In this document: piece by piece, positions 13,892 through 27,021 of the stretch
Numbering within the stretch: the stretch's first letter is position 1
How the letters are laid out: every line of letters begins with the position of its first letter
Origin: Octopus vulgaris
Taxonomy: Eukaryota
NCBI GenBank assembly: GCA_951406725.2
Contig: OX597831.1
Location: 67,270,001 to 67,334,000 of the forward strand
DNA length: 64,000 nucleotides
Direction: 5' to 3'
Position numbers and translations under genes: made by a program
The notes under the pieces: model-generated
Told to the model about the DNA's origin: nothing
The model's database searches: none
The model's input: the letters and a program-made list of their open reading frames with translations, nothing else

Positions 13892-15056
13892 GTTTTCCGC
13901 GGTAGCGTGGGTTGGACGGTTCGACCGGGGTCTGGGAAGCCAGGGGCTGCACCAGGCTCCAGTCTGATCTGGCAGTATTTCTACAGCTGGATGCCCTTCC
14001 TAACGCCAACCACTCCGCGAGTGTAGTGGGTGCTTTTTACGTGCCACCAGCACAGGTACCAGAGGAGTCTGGCAGCGGCCACGATCGGTTGGTGCTTTTA
14101 ACGTGCCACCGGCACGGAAGCCAGTCAAGGCGGCGCTGGCATCGGCCACGTTCGGATGGTGCCTTTTACGTCCCACCGGCACAGAAGCCAGTCGAGGCGG
14201 CGCTGGCATCGACCACGTTCGGATGGTGCTTTTTATGTGCTTCCGGCACAGGTATCACAACTACTATTTCCATTGATATTTATTTCGATGTTCATGTACT
14301 TGACTCAATAGGTCTCCTCAAGCACAGCGGGATGTACTGAAATCCAAGGTACTTTGAATGGGCAGGGGCTATGCGAAACTGGTACAGGAAGCAGCCCGGG
14401 TCATTGCAGTCACAGCATATCTCCAGAGATCACGGTCCTTCGTCATTGCCTCTGTGAGGCCCAACGCTCTGAGGTCATGCTTGACTACCTCATCCCATGT
14501 CTTCCTGGGTCTACCTCTCCCCCTAATACCTTCAACTGTTTGGGAGCAGCACTTCTTCATACATCTCTCCTCATCCATCCGCAGTACATGACCATACCAT
14601 CGCAAGCGTCGCTCTTGCACACCACATCTGATGCTTCTTATGTCCATCATTTCTCTCAGGGTGCTTACACTCTGTCGTGCGCACACACTGACATTACACA
14701 TCCAGCGGATCATGCTAACTTCATTTCTTTCAAGTCTACGCATGTCCTCTGCAGTCACAGCCCATGTTTCACTATCGTGAAGCATGGCAGTTCGCACACA
14801 TGCATCATACAATCTACCTTTCACTCTGAGCGAGAGACCCTTTGTCGCCAGTAGGGGTAGGATCTTTCTAAACTTTGCCAAGGCTATTCGTATTCTAGTG
14901 GTAACACTCTCTGAGCATCCACCTCCACTACTAACTTGGTCACCCAGGTAGCGGAAACTATCAATTACTTCTAGTTTCTCCTCCTGGAGTGTGATGGAAT
15001 CTGTTTTCTGAGTGTTTGTGGTGTCTATTGTCCCTGTGCATCTGCCGCACATGAAA
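13861..15056 (-). mobile_element. 5'-truncated RTE-clade LINE (RT C-terminus, 3'UTR, (GAT)n tail)
   Basis: ORF 14369-15052 has FRYLG, SETW, RRLRWYGHVLRM and GRGRPRKTW motifs; (CAT)n at 13861-13890; ~65-bp tandem units in the UTR. Confidence 0.92.
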
Positions 15057-16286
15057 GCTATATATAGATTAATGTTCTTAAAATTTAAATCGACATCTTT
15101 GTCTATATATCTACCTTCTCTATAATGTTATCAATTGATATGAAAATTATGTATTAATGGAAAACCTCTATAAATGGCTGATGATTGGTCAACATTTTAA
15201 TCGACATCCTTAGCTCAGTACACATACAATAGTCACCATATGTTTTAAATGAAAAGATACTCCTCACGAAACAAGAATCTTTGGCAACTTCATTCAGGTC
15301 TTCATGCAACTGGTGACGTATTAACATTTTAGTTTCGACGTTTCATCGCCTGTTTTACTCATTAATCAGAGAGCAGTAATCTTCCACCCATTTTAGCTAT
15401 TTACGTTAAAGTCAAACAATTTTCTCTCCTGTAATACTTTCAAATCCCGCTCATACTAAGATTAGTGAGAAATTTACTGATGTCGTCTGTTTCTACCAGT
15501 TTGTAAACATGTATGTGGATCTAGTCTTCATTTACGTCTGACACATTATATTTGGGCTCACATGTAACATTCAAATGAGACTTGAACTAAAAAAAAACAC
15601 AAACACTTAACTTATGTTGTATACAACTGAGTCGTTCTCATCCAGTTTTTCTTAATGCATGGCACCCAGTAGTTGAACGGAGCGCAAAATTGCTTTTCTT
15701 CTTTCTACCAGGCTAATTTCAAAACCAATTTTTTAACAACGCAAATTATTCAACTGACTTAGTAAAACCAATAAAATATATATAAGCACATTCTCGTTAT
15801 ACATTATACATATCTAACGTATAATGTATAATCATTATTATCTAAACTTATTTTATATAGTATATAACTGTACTCACATATTATATCCTGTCTAATTACT
15901 ATCAAATTATTGTATCTGGAAGAGGTCTATTTTCTGTTGGTATGTAAGAAATAAAGAAAAAAATTGTATATATATATAGCCTCAGTTAATATTTTTTTAC
16001 TGGAATTAGTCAGAAACCATGATCTAGGAACTAAATTAGATGGTAAACGTTTTTAATTTTCATTCCTTCCGAGAATAGATCCCTAATTAGTGGTTTGCGT
16101 TTTCTACTGCTCTTTCTAGCACAAGGCTTTCCTATTTGGATGCCTCTTAAGGTGTTTTAATGTACACGAGATTTTTATGTGAATAATATATAGTCTATTG
16201 ACTAATTTTTTTCTTTTTTGCTAGGCCACTGGTAATAACAATTTCTATGATTCTTATTACCCTAATATTATTTATATATATATACA

Positions 16287-16490
16287 TAGGGAGAGTTTAC
16301 GAAAAAAAAAACAAAAGACGAAGATAGGTGGTCTACAAATCAAACAGATGTATTAGTATAACGCTCAGGAATAGAAAAAGTCTTTTACGTTTCGAGCCTA
16401 CGCTCTTCTACAGAAAGGGACATAGAAAAAACAAGGAGAGAAACAAGGAGAGAAAAAATGTGTGTAGTGGCTAACGATCTATCATGGCGT
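16287..16490 (-). mobile_element. Hammerhead mini-element family C (ribozyme 16382-16417)
   Basis: Near-identical to the 13431 copy; flanked by TA runs. Confidence 0.75.
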
Positions 16491-16759
16491 CATATATATA
16501 TATATAATTTTGTTGCTAGCTTTAAACATTCCTTTAATTTCCTGCAAAACACTTAATTGTACATGATACATTACAAGTAGTGAGGAAAGTAGTGGTATAT
16601 TTGATAGGTTAAGTATTTGTTGTTGTAAAATGATGTTTGAAGCGAATGGCAGTAGTGAGGATAATGGTGACAGTAGTTAGTAACTGTAATTGCTGGAATG
16701 AAAATAAATTTGGCTCAACTACTTTTAATACTACCAACCAACAACATTCAGCCAATACT

Positions 16760-17100
<341 letters not shown>

Positions 17101-17576
17101 GTATGTAAATGAATGCATATCTCCACTTCCTTCGAGAAAGAAGAGAGATGGCGGTCGGTGAGAAAGGAATTCCGTCTTCAACGATCGCATTCATGAGGGT
17201 AGTCTCACATTCACTAACAGACCGATGCAAATATAAACACATTCACGCAATTCTATACGTCATGTGGCTTCAATATAAAGTTTGTGGTAATCAATGGCTG
17301 AATAAGTTATGCCAAGAATTAGCCACCTTCCTCACTTTATCATTCAGCAACACCCTGCAGTGTTACTTACTCCACGATAAAATCATCCCATATGTTCAGT
17401 TGTTCAGAATATTTCATTCTTAAAACGCACCTACCATTTTGGCCGAGTGTCGAAGAGGATTGTGATAAACAATCTATCAAACCTCACTTTCACGACTTTA
17501 TTCAACGGCATTTTAAAAGTGTGTGCGTGTGTATGTGTGTGTATGCGTCTGTGAGTGCACATATATTTATAGACAT

Positions 17577-17917
17577 ACTCTTTTACTTGTTTCAGACTGA
17601 GGCCATGCTGGAGCACCGCCTTTAGCCGAGCAAATCGAACCCAGGACTTATTCTTTGTAAACCTAGTACTTATTCTATCGGTTACTTTTGCCGAACCGCT
17701 AAGTTACGGGGACGTAAATATACCAGCATCGGTTGTCAAGCGATGTTGGGGGGACAAACATATACACATATATACGACGGGCTTCTTTCAGTTTCCGTCT
17801 ACCAAATCCACTCACAAGGCCCGAAGCTATAGTAAAAGACACTTGCCCAAGATGCCACGCAGTGGGACTGAACCCGGAACCATATGGCTGGTAAACAAGC
17901 TACTTACCACACAGCCA
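17577..17917 (-). mobile_element. SINE family A
   Basis: Homology to other copies. Confidence 0.85.
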
Positions 17918-18202
17918 ATAGAAACGTACATATAGATAGATTAATATGTAGAGATAATTTCCCGCGGTGTAAATTACGATTATGCTCACGAAACATCAAT
18001 TTTATTTTATAATGGTAAAATAAAACAAGACAATATTTCGTTTTTGGATTTGGTTATAAGGCACAAAAAGAAAACGACTCTCCGCAGACACAACAAAACA
18101 AGACAAGAAAAGAAGTAAAGAAATTCCCATCGTTTTAATCATTCACCAACTCGATCTTCTTATTTGCTGAGCATAAAATGTATGACATTATTTTGATCTC
18201 TA

Positions 18203-18624
18203 TTTACTCTCTTTTACTCTTTTACTTGTTTCAGTCATTTGACTGCGGCCATGCTGGAGCACCGCCTTTAATTGAACAACTCGACCCCAGGACTTATTCT
18301 TTGTAAGCTCAGTACTTATTCTATCGGTCTCTTTTGCCGAAACGCTAAGTTACGGGGACGTAGACACACCAGCATCAGTTGTCAAGCGATGGGGGGAGGG
18401 GGCAAAGACAACACATAAACACACACACATAAACACACACACATATATATATACATATATACAACGGGCTTCTTTCAGTTTCCATCTACCAGATCCACTC
18501 ACAAGGCTTTGGTCGGCCCGAGGTTATAGTAGAAGACACTTGCCCAAGGTGCCACGCAGTGGGACTGAACCCGGAACCATGTGGTTCGTAAGCATGCTAC
18601 TTACCACACAGCCACTCCTACGCC
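18203..18624 (-). mobile_element. SINE family A (full length)
   Basis: Head to (GTAAAAGA)n tail present. Confidence 0.88.
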
Positions 18625-20049
18625 TGATAATTTTCTTTTGATAATTGTACACAAGTGGCCTTCAACGTTTCTTGTTTTTCTTTCATGGTTTAGTCTGAGT
18701 TGCGAACATGGTCCAAATACTTGCGACAGAGTGGTATCCACCCAAGTCACAAAAATAAACAGGGTCAGGGATGAGGATTAAGCTCACGTGAACAGGTGAA
18801 ATCTACCCGTCGGACTTCAACGCAGTTTCCGTCTACTTAGTATTAATCATATGAATCACGTGATTACAAAGCAAACCTTTTAACCACATGATCATATCTG
18901 CACGCTCATGGACCTGAGATCCACACTTCTCATAAGATACGAGAATTGCCTTTATTTCCAGTTGGCAAATATGTGATTTAAAGAGCGATGCCGTCAAATA
19001 GTTGTTTCCCAAACTGGCAAACACCAGCCGCTATCCCCATATTAGTAAAATTTCATTCACCCCCATCTTCTGTCTCATCAGAATTTGGATCCAAATTATG
19101 CTTCTTTCTTCGCCATTGGTTACAGAGCTGCCAATGATAATTTCAAAACACAAAAAGAAAAATCAAAATGAAATATATATATATATGTGTTTGTGTGTGT
19201 AAAACAATTGATGGATAGGTGTCAGTTTATTCTAGCCGTTTCTAACGAATTTTTTAATTAATCAATTAGAACATTATAAAAACCCGTTTCCTTCAGATGA
19301 GTACATGAATTTTAGAATGAAGGATATTTGAAATAATTTAAAATCCACGGTACATACATATTTAGTAATTCTACTACTGGCTCTTGGCGTAGAAACGGTT
19401 GTAATGAATTAACATCTGCCCATCAATTGTTACTTATTTATTTGTAATTCACCTATCTCATGCGAGGGGCATGTTCCGAAGTATATTATGGACTGTATAT
19501 TAAATAAAATGTACATGTCTGAATATCTCAAGAACGGATTATATACTCGGTTGTGTCCAGTTAACGGCATACACTACTCGAATATCATTATGCCAGTACT
19601 TCTGTACCAAGGTTAGTATTCATCTATAACTGTAGTGTGTGCATTTTATTCTGAGACAAACGAGTTGTGGTAGTCATGTTTTTATCATAGGCAGAAATCG
19701 TTCCCGAATTTTGGTGGCTTCTTATAGAGGCATAATACCCCATCCACATGGGAAATCTTGAAATTTAACTATAATATTTATTGATGTAACTAGGAACTGA
19801 TACAGTTAAAAACGCAAGAGAATAATGAGTAGTTTCTAGTAAATATTGGTGCCTTGTTGTAACACTTATCTGTTTATATATGTATACTTCTACCCTTATG
19901 GGGCATTATTTTACTGGAAAGTAATATATTTGCATTGCAATATTATTTTTCATTGAAAACGTTTTCACTGTTCTTGTTCTGCTAACGGCTAGGCGTTCTG
20001 GAGAGTATTCTGGCATTGATGTGGCAACATTTGAAATATTGTCTAGGTA

Positions 20050-20122
20050 AATGCAGCTGATGAAGACAGATCAAATCTACGTTGTCAAACGTATTTGAAG
20101 AGTCAGAAACCGGTCCTGCATT
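20050..20122 (+). ncRNA. Type I hammerhead ribozyme, extended stem II
   Basis: AATGCAG-CTGATGA-a-GAC..hairpin..GTC-a-GAAA-CCGG-TC-CTGCATT; 7-bp stem I; palindromic stem III ACCGGT; GUC cleavage triplet. Confidence 0.85.
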
Positions 20123-20347
20123 ATTCGATTCTGGGTTGTCCATTTATTGAATGTCCTTCCTAGAGGTAAAACAAATTTTTCATGTTTGTTGCACACACAC
20201 ATGTCTTTGCTAGTATATACGCTGTGAAGCTATACAATAGCGTCGTATTTATATCGGTTGCTATTTTCCAGTAAATATTGGTGCCTTGTTGTACCACTCA
20301 GCTGTTTATATATATTTATTATTTGATTAGATTATAAAACTATCATT

Positions 20348-20380
<33 letters not shown>

Positions 20381-20382
<2 letters not shown>

Positions 20383-20600
20383 AGAGAGAGTTTACGAAAA
20401 AAACAAAAGCCGAAGACAGGTGGTGTACAATACAAACAGATGTATTAGTATAACGCTGAGGAATAGAAAAAGTCTTTTACGTTTCGAGCCTACGCTCTTC
20501 TACAGAAAGGGACACAGAAAAAACAAGGAGAGAAAAAATGTGTGTAGTGGCTAACGATCTATCATAGCGACTACTGCTGGACAGAAGAGTCAAACACGAG
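20381..20600 (-). mobile_element. Hammerhead mini-element family C (ribozyme 20474-20509)
   Basis: Near-identical to the 13431 and 16287 copies. Confidence 0.75.
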
Positions 20601-20956
20601 GATATATATATATATGTTAGATTATTAAACTGTCATGATTCAAAAAGAAATATAAATGTAGTTTATTTAGTTATATTTGTAGCCCAAAGTAATAATTGTT
20701 ATTCATCTTCAATTCGCTAGAAACAGGAAACTACTCATTATTCTCTCGTGTTTTCAACTGTATCGATTCCTAGTTATATCAATAAATATTATAGTTAAAT
20801 TTCAAGTTCCCCATGTGGATGGGGTATTATGCCTCTATAAGAAGACACCAAAATTAGGGAACGATTTCTGCCTATGATAAAAACATGACTGTCACAACGC
20901 GTTTGTCTCATTTATTTATTCATGTCTTCTATATTAGAAACCAACACTATTTTACA

Positions 20957-21319
20957 CTAGCACTATGACCCGGCAACGCCAGGTCATAGTGCTAGTGCAT
21001 GCATATACAGCTGCGTGCGTGCGCACATACACGCGAGTACTGTCCAAATCTCCGACCAATCACATACAGCTAGCTGGCATTCAATTGGCGTATCAAGTTT
21101 TGGGCATTTTGATTGGGTTTTGGACAGAAAATTCACAAAAAAGTCACTTCTATTGATTTTTTAATGGCTTTGCGGGATGACTGGGGAAATGTAAAGATGT
21201 GCACGACCACCCTTTGATGGTTTTGAGTGACCATAGAAAGTGCGAGCCCTCTAACTGAAAAATTGTGGATTTGTATAAAGACACGCACACAGACATTTTG
21301 CCGTTTATATAGAGAGAGA
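20957..21319 (-). mobile_element. Complete non-autonomous Helitron-like element
   Basis: Minus strand A|TC...CTAG|T with no TSD; terminal hairpin with perfect 16-bp arms at 20955-20970 and 20982-20997. Confidence 0.82.
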
Positions 21320-21873
21320 TTTTCACAGTAGTTAATACTTCTCATACCAGGCTACTTATCCTCAACTAATATCTTTTTTGTAGTGCACCTGAGCTCTGTA
21401 TACAACAATATTATGATTTTAAACTCTCCTATCACCATTAACAACAATATAAATAAACAAGCAATCAAACAGCATCAACAACGCATAGTACCACCACTAC
21501 TACTAACAAACACAGTACCACACTACCACTACCACCAGCACCAGCACAAGCACCACCACCACCACCTCTAGGAAATCACAATCGTATCCATCGTTTTTAT
21601 TCATGTTAAGTTTCAAGGTTCTTGCTTACTCCTACAAAGTAAATAGTCCAGGCTGGTAACCATGTAAGGGGTCATAGTTACAACTAGCATCACCCTCACA
21701 TCCTGTTTGTTATTCTCAACGTTTGACATCTGATATTATAATCTTAATTACATACTATCTCTCTTTCTCTTACTTTCTTCATCTTCATTTCTGTTATTCT
21801 CCTTTTACATCTATTTCTTGCTTTCTCTTCAATTTCTTAATTTTACTTAATTGATCTTTTCCCCTTTCCTTCG

Positions 21874-22025
<152 letters not shown>

Positions 22026-22038
22026 TCTCTCTCTCTTG

Positions 22039-22122
<84 letters not shown>

Positions 22123-22136
22123 ATCTCTCTCTCTTT

Positions 22137-22198
<62 letters not shown>

Positions 22199-22797
22199 TA
22201 TCTATCTATCTATATATATATATATATACTTTATTTAAAAGCAGCAGAAATTTAACAAAACCTGTTACTTGAAGTTTCACGAGTAACAGCTTTTGTTAAA
22301 TTTCTGCTGCTTTTAAATAAAGCATATTACTCTACCTCTGGTATTTGAGTACTCTTTTTTCCACCTTGTTTCACATTTATGTGTTTACTCCGGTATATAT
22401 ATATATCTTTCTCTTTCCTTTTAACTATGTTCTATCGCAGCGTGGAAAGTGTTTATAGGCCATTTAAAAATACACAAAAACCGTTAGATTTACTTCAAGC
22501 ACACAATTTTGTCATTTAACAGGTCGCGGTTTCAAAGCGACGAAAATATTTTGACAAATTAAATTTACACCTTCCACGTTGCATTTGATTTTGTTTCAGC
22601 ACACAGTCTCAGATCATGTCACCTGCTATGCAAGTACATCACCGTAATATTTTCTATCGTATTGCCTTAAATTACCTATTGAAGAGGATACTAATTAGCT
22701 GAGATACCGTAAATAATTAAATGCTATATACATAGCTGCAGACATGGCTGTGTGGTTAAGAAGCTCACTTTGCAACACGTGGTTTTGAGTTCAACCA

Positions 22798-23925
22798 CTA
22801 AAAATACAGTTTCGTCATATAAATATGTGGGTTCCACAGCGGGGAATTTTAAGGCCAGGTTCAACAATCACACCTTGAGCTTCAGGCACTGGGATACAAG
22901 AAAAACGACCAAATTATCCAGTCATATATGGTCCTTAAAATATAAAGGTATCATTTGAAATATCCATTGGAAGACCTTAGCAAAGTGTAAGCCTTACGCT
23001 AACGGCAGTGGAAAGTGCGGTCTTTGTGATATGGAAAGATGGCTCATCTGGAAAAGCAGCTTACACCCTGCTACATGTCTAAATTCAAGAACCGAACTTT
23101 TTGGATCATGTCCACATATGGCTAAATATTTGTTACGTTTTTGGTCCCCACCAAGATCACAGATGGAACCTTCTTTCTATATTGTGTCCACGTACAAGCA
23201 TTTTATCTCTCTATATTTTTATATTTTTTATATATATATTTTTTTTACATATTATTTACATATTTGTATTTTACTTTTCACCCTGCATTTTTCTTGGGAA
23301 TGTGTGTATATAGACGTGTAAATGAACATTTTTGTGCGCGTATGGGTATATATACGTGTGTGTGTGTGTGCGTGCTTGCGGGTATGTATATATGTACATG
23401 TATATATACATGTGAATGATTGCATATATATGTGGGTGTACATGCATGTGTCTCACGCGAGTGTGAGTGAGCATATGCATATATAGCATGTGCGTATTTA
23501 GACGTGTATTTGAATATAATTGTGCGCATATGGGTATGTGCACGTGTGTGTGTGGCGCACGCGTGTGTGCGGATATGTATATGTCTACATGTATGGTTGC
23601 ATATATATGTTCATATATAGGCATATGTGTGGGTGTGCATGTATGTGTTTCCCACGGGTGTGAGGGAGCATATGCATATAGGCACATGTACGTGGGTGTG
23701 CGTGCGTGTGTGTGTGTATGTACATGCGCGCATACGCGATTTCTATGAGCATTTTTACTTTTTACTTTTTTACTTTCTCCCTTCGGTTTTTCCCACTTAT
23801 TTAACGCTCATTCTAATCGCTCTTTTGTCTTAGTAACGATCAATCACGTAGAAATTTCCCTTTATTTGACGGCCATTTTCATAGCATTTTATGATTGCCT
23901 TGATAACTGACGAGATGCCGGAGCA
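22798..23925 (+). mobile_element. Penelope-like element 3' fragment (GIY-YIG endonuclease, 3' region, start of pLTR hammerhead)
   Basis: KYVGSTAGNFKARFNNHTLSFRH..TKLSSHIW, CDMERWLI..LNSRTELFGSCPH; homologous to 38021-38400; ends in GATAA-CTGACGA-GATGCCG at 23902-23920. Confidence 0.8.
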
Positions 23926-23964
23926 GCCTTCAAATGACGCCACCCCGCTGGCTAAGCGAGCAGG

Positions 23965-24042
<78 letters not shown>

Positions 24043-24900
24043 TGACCCCCTTCGGACATGAATGACCATGGGAATGCATGTATGTATGTATGTATGTATG
24101 TATGTATGTATGTATGTATGTATGTATGTATGTATGTATGCATGTGTGTGTGTGTGTATATATATATATACATGTGTGTGTTTGTATGCATGTGTATAAA
24201 TGTATGTGTGTGTGTGCATCTGTATGTATGTATTCATGTATTCATGTGCTTGCGTGTCCGCGTTTGTGTGTTTTTAATGTATGTGTGTGTGTGCGTGTGT
24301 TTATATATGTATACACCTTTGTCTCCTGTGTGTGCATGTCTGAGTGTGTGTGTGTGCGCGCTTTGTAACTATGTACCGTGTTTGTATGTATGGATGTGTA
24401 CACATACGCAAATGGAGACTGAAACACATGACCATATATACACAAACACATTTTACTTCACATAAGGACACATATGGAGGCAGGTATCCACACATATGGA
24501 GGTGCAAACACAATCATACATATATACATATGCATACACACACATATATACATACACATACATGCATGCATACATACACACATACATACATACACACAAA
24601 TACATACATAAATACATACATGCATACATACATGCATGCATAGGCACACACACATGCGCACCAACAAACAAAAGGGAACGCAGTGTAAATAACGGAGAGT
24701 CAAGACTATTGAAAAGGTTGCAAGATGCAACGAAAATTTTAGGAAAATAAAAATAAGAAATAAGTGGAAATTTTACCGGTGAGTGTGTTACATTATAAGG
24801 CACAAAAAGAAAATGACTCCCCCCCCAGACACAACAGAATATGCTTCAACACACGAACTCACATAAAGAATCTTGTAAACCAAATACTAAATCGAAATAT

Positions 24901-24967
<67 letters not shown>

Positions 24968-25180
24968 TATTAGAATGTTTGGAGATGATGTACAGGTATT
25001 AGAAGAAATAAGGTACTCAGAAATTCGGATGGTTTTATATTTAAAGATATTTATTTGTATATTACATGTTTTTATACATATAACTTATATCTCATATCAT
25101 ATATATTAACGCTTTCGTCCATTCTGGTGGAGTTTTCAAATTAAATTACATTTATCATGTGTGTGTATATATATATATAT

Positions 25181-25480
25181 AACGGGAAGTTTAATGAAAA
25201 TAGACAAAAGACGAAGGCAGGTGGAAAACAAACAAACAATTGTATTAGTATGGCGCTCAGGAAATATAAATAAAACAAGTCTTTAACGTTTCGAGCCTAC
25301 GCTCTTCAACAGAAAGATACACAGAGAGAAAAAAAACACAGAAAGAAGGAGAGAAAAAAATGCGTGCAGTAACTAACGAATCAACATGGCGATCTGATTT
25401 CGGCCAGAGGTCAAAGATCAAACATGAGACGCGAGAGCGAAATAAGGGGAGATAATAGGGTTGATAATAGGGTTGAATGA
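25181..25480 (-). mobile_element. Hammerhead mini-element family C, longer copy (ribozyme 25281-25316, core CTGTTGA)
   Basis: CTTT-CTGTTGA-A-GAGC-gtag-GCTC-GAAA-CGTT-AAAG on the minus strand. Confidence 0.72.
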
Positions 25481-25485
25481 CCAGC

Positions 25486-25840
25486 TATTAGTGCGTAGGA
25501 GGGGTCTGGACGTGTGTATGTATAGGGTTGGTGTATGTATTAGTATGTATTAGTATGTATAAGGGTGTGTGTGTGTGTGTGTGTGTGTATGAGAGAGTAT
25601 TAGTGCGTAAGATAGGTCTGGACGTGCGTATGTATGGGGTTGGTGTATGTATTAGTATGTATTAGTATGTATTAGTACGTATTAGTATGTATAAGTATGT
25701 GTGTGTGTGTATGAGAGAGTATAAGTGCGTATGAGGGGTCTGGACGTGTGTATGTATAGGGTTGGTGTATGTATTAGTATGTATTAGTATGTATTAGTAC
25801 GTATTAGTATGTATTAGTTGGTGTATGTATTAGTATGGCA
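25486..25840. repeat. Minisatellite, ~3 units of ~115-120 bp with GTATTAGTAT sub-repeats
   Basis: Repeated AGTGCGTA..GGTCTGGACGTG..GGTTGGTGTATGTATTAG. Confidence 0.85.
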
Positions 25841-26039
25841 CATCATATATGATGTGATGTGTAAAGTCGTGTGGTGTAGTGAGGAGAAGAGGGGGGGAGA
25901 AGAGGGGGAGAGAAGGGGAGGATATATATATGTACCGTAGTAAACACATAAATGTGAAACAAGGTAGAAAAAAAGAGTACTTAAATACCAGGGGTAGAGT
26001 AATATGCTTTATTTAAAATCAGCAGAAATTCAACAAAAT

Positions 26040-26890
26040 AAGAACCGCTCACAGCCTCTAACAATATCAGAGACCTGGGTGTAATTGTTGATGACGATCT
26101 CAGTTGGAGTGCACACATCAACAAGAAGGTCGATATAGCTCGTAGGATGAGTTCCTGGATCTTAAGAACTTTCCGGTCCAGCGAACAAGGTGTCATCATA
26201 CCACTTTTTTCCTCCTTTGTACGGCCACACCTTGAATTCTGCTGCCCACTGTGGTCTCCTCACACAAGACAAAACATCTCCAGAATTGAGTCACCCCAGA
26301 GGGCACTCACTAAACGAATTGAAGGCATGGCTGCTCTCGATTATTGGGATCGCCTTAAAGCCTTGAAACTTTACTCCCCCAGCGTCGCCGTGAGCGGTAC
26401 ATCATTTGTACGATGTGGAAAATATACCGCCAACTTTGCCCAAACGACCTAAACATTAGCTTCAAGGTTCATCCAAGACTTGGACCACGGGCTATACTTC
26501 CCCTGCCCAATTCAAGATCACAACATACATGTACACTGCAACATAATTTCCTTTCCTCAACAGGCCCTGCTCTATTTAACATTGTCCCGAGGGAGATCAA
26601 AGAGGAAAAGGATCCCATCAACTTTAAACAGAGTCTGGATAGATTCCTTCAAAGAATACCAGATAAGCCAGCCATAATTGGATACAACTCACTCAACAAG
26701 AACTCACTACTTGAACAAAACTGGATACAACTCACCCAACAAGAACTCACTACTTGAACAAAACTTGACTTAAACAAGACTTGACTTAAACAGGATTCGA
26801 ATAATCCTATCAGGTGGTGCTATTAAGTTAGACATGGCCTGGACCAATCTTTGGTCGAAACATATCTAAGTTTTATCTAAGTTTTATATC
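26040..26890 (+). mobile_element. 5'-truncated CR1-clade LINE 3' end
   Basis: IRDLGVIVDDDLSWSAHI, FVRPHLEFCCPLWSP, LDYWDRLKAL; one frameshift; tandem ATCTAAGTTTT tail. Confidence 0.9.
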
Positions 26891-26891
26891 T

Positions 26892-26931
<40 letters not shown>

Positions 26932-26973
26932 GCACATGATATATACACATGATAATTGAACACTTTTATCATG

Positions 26974-27019
<46 letters not shown>

Positions 27020-27021
<2 letters not shown>

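Noticed and set aside
25486-25840. CRISPR-like repeat array
   Set aside because: No unique spacers, eukaryotic context, no cas genes; it is a minisatellite.
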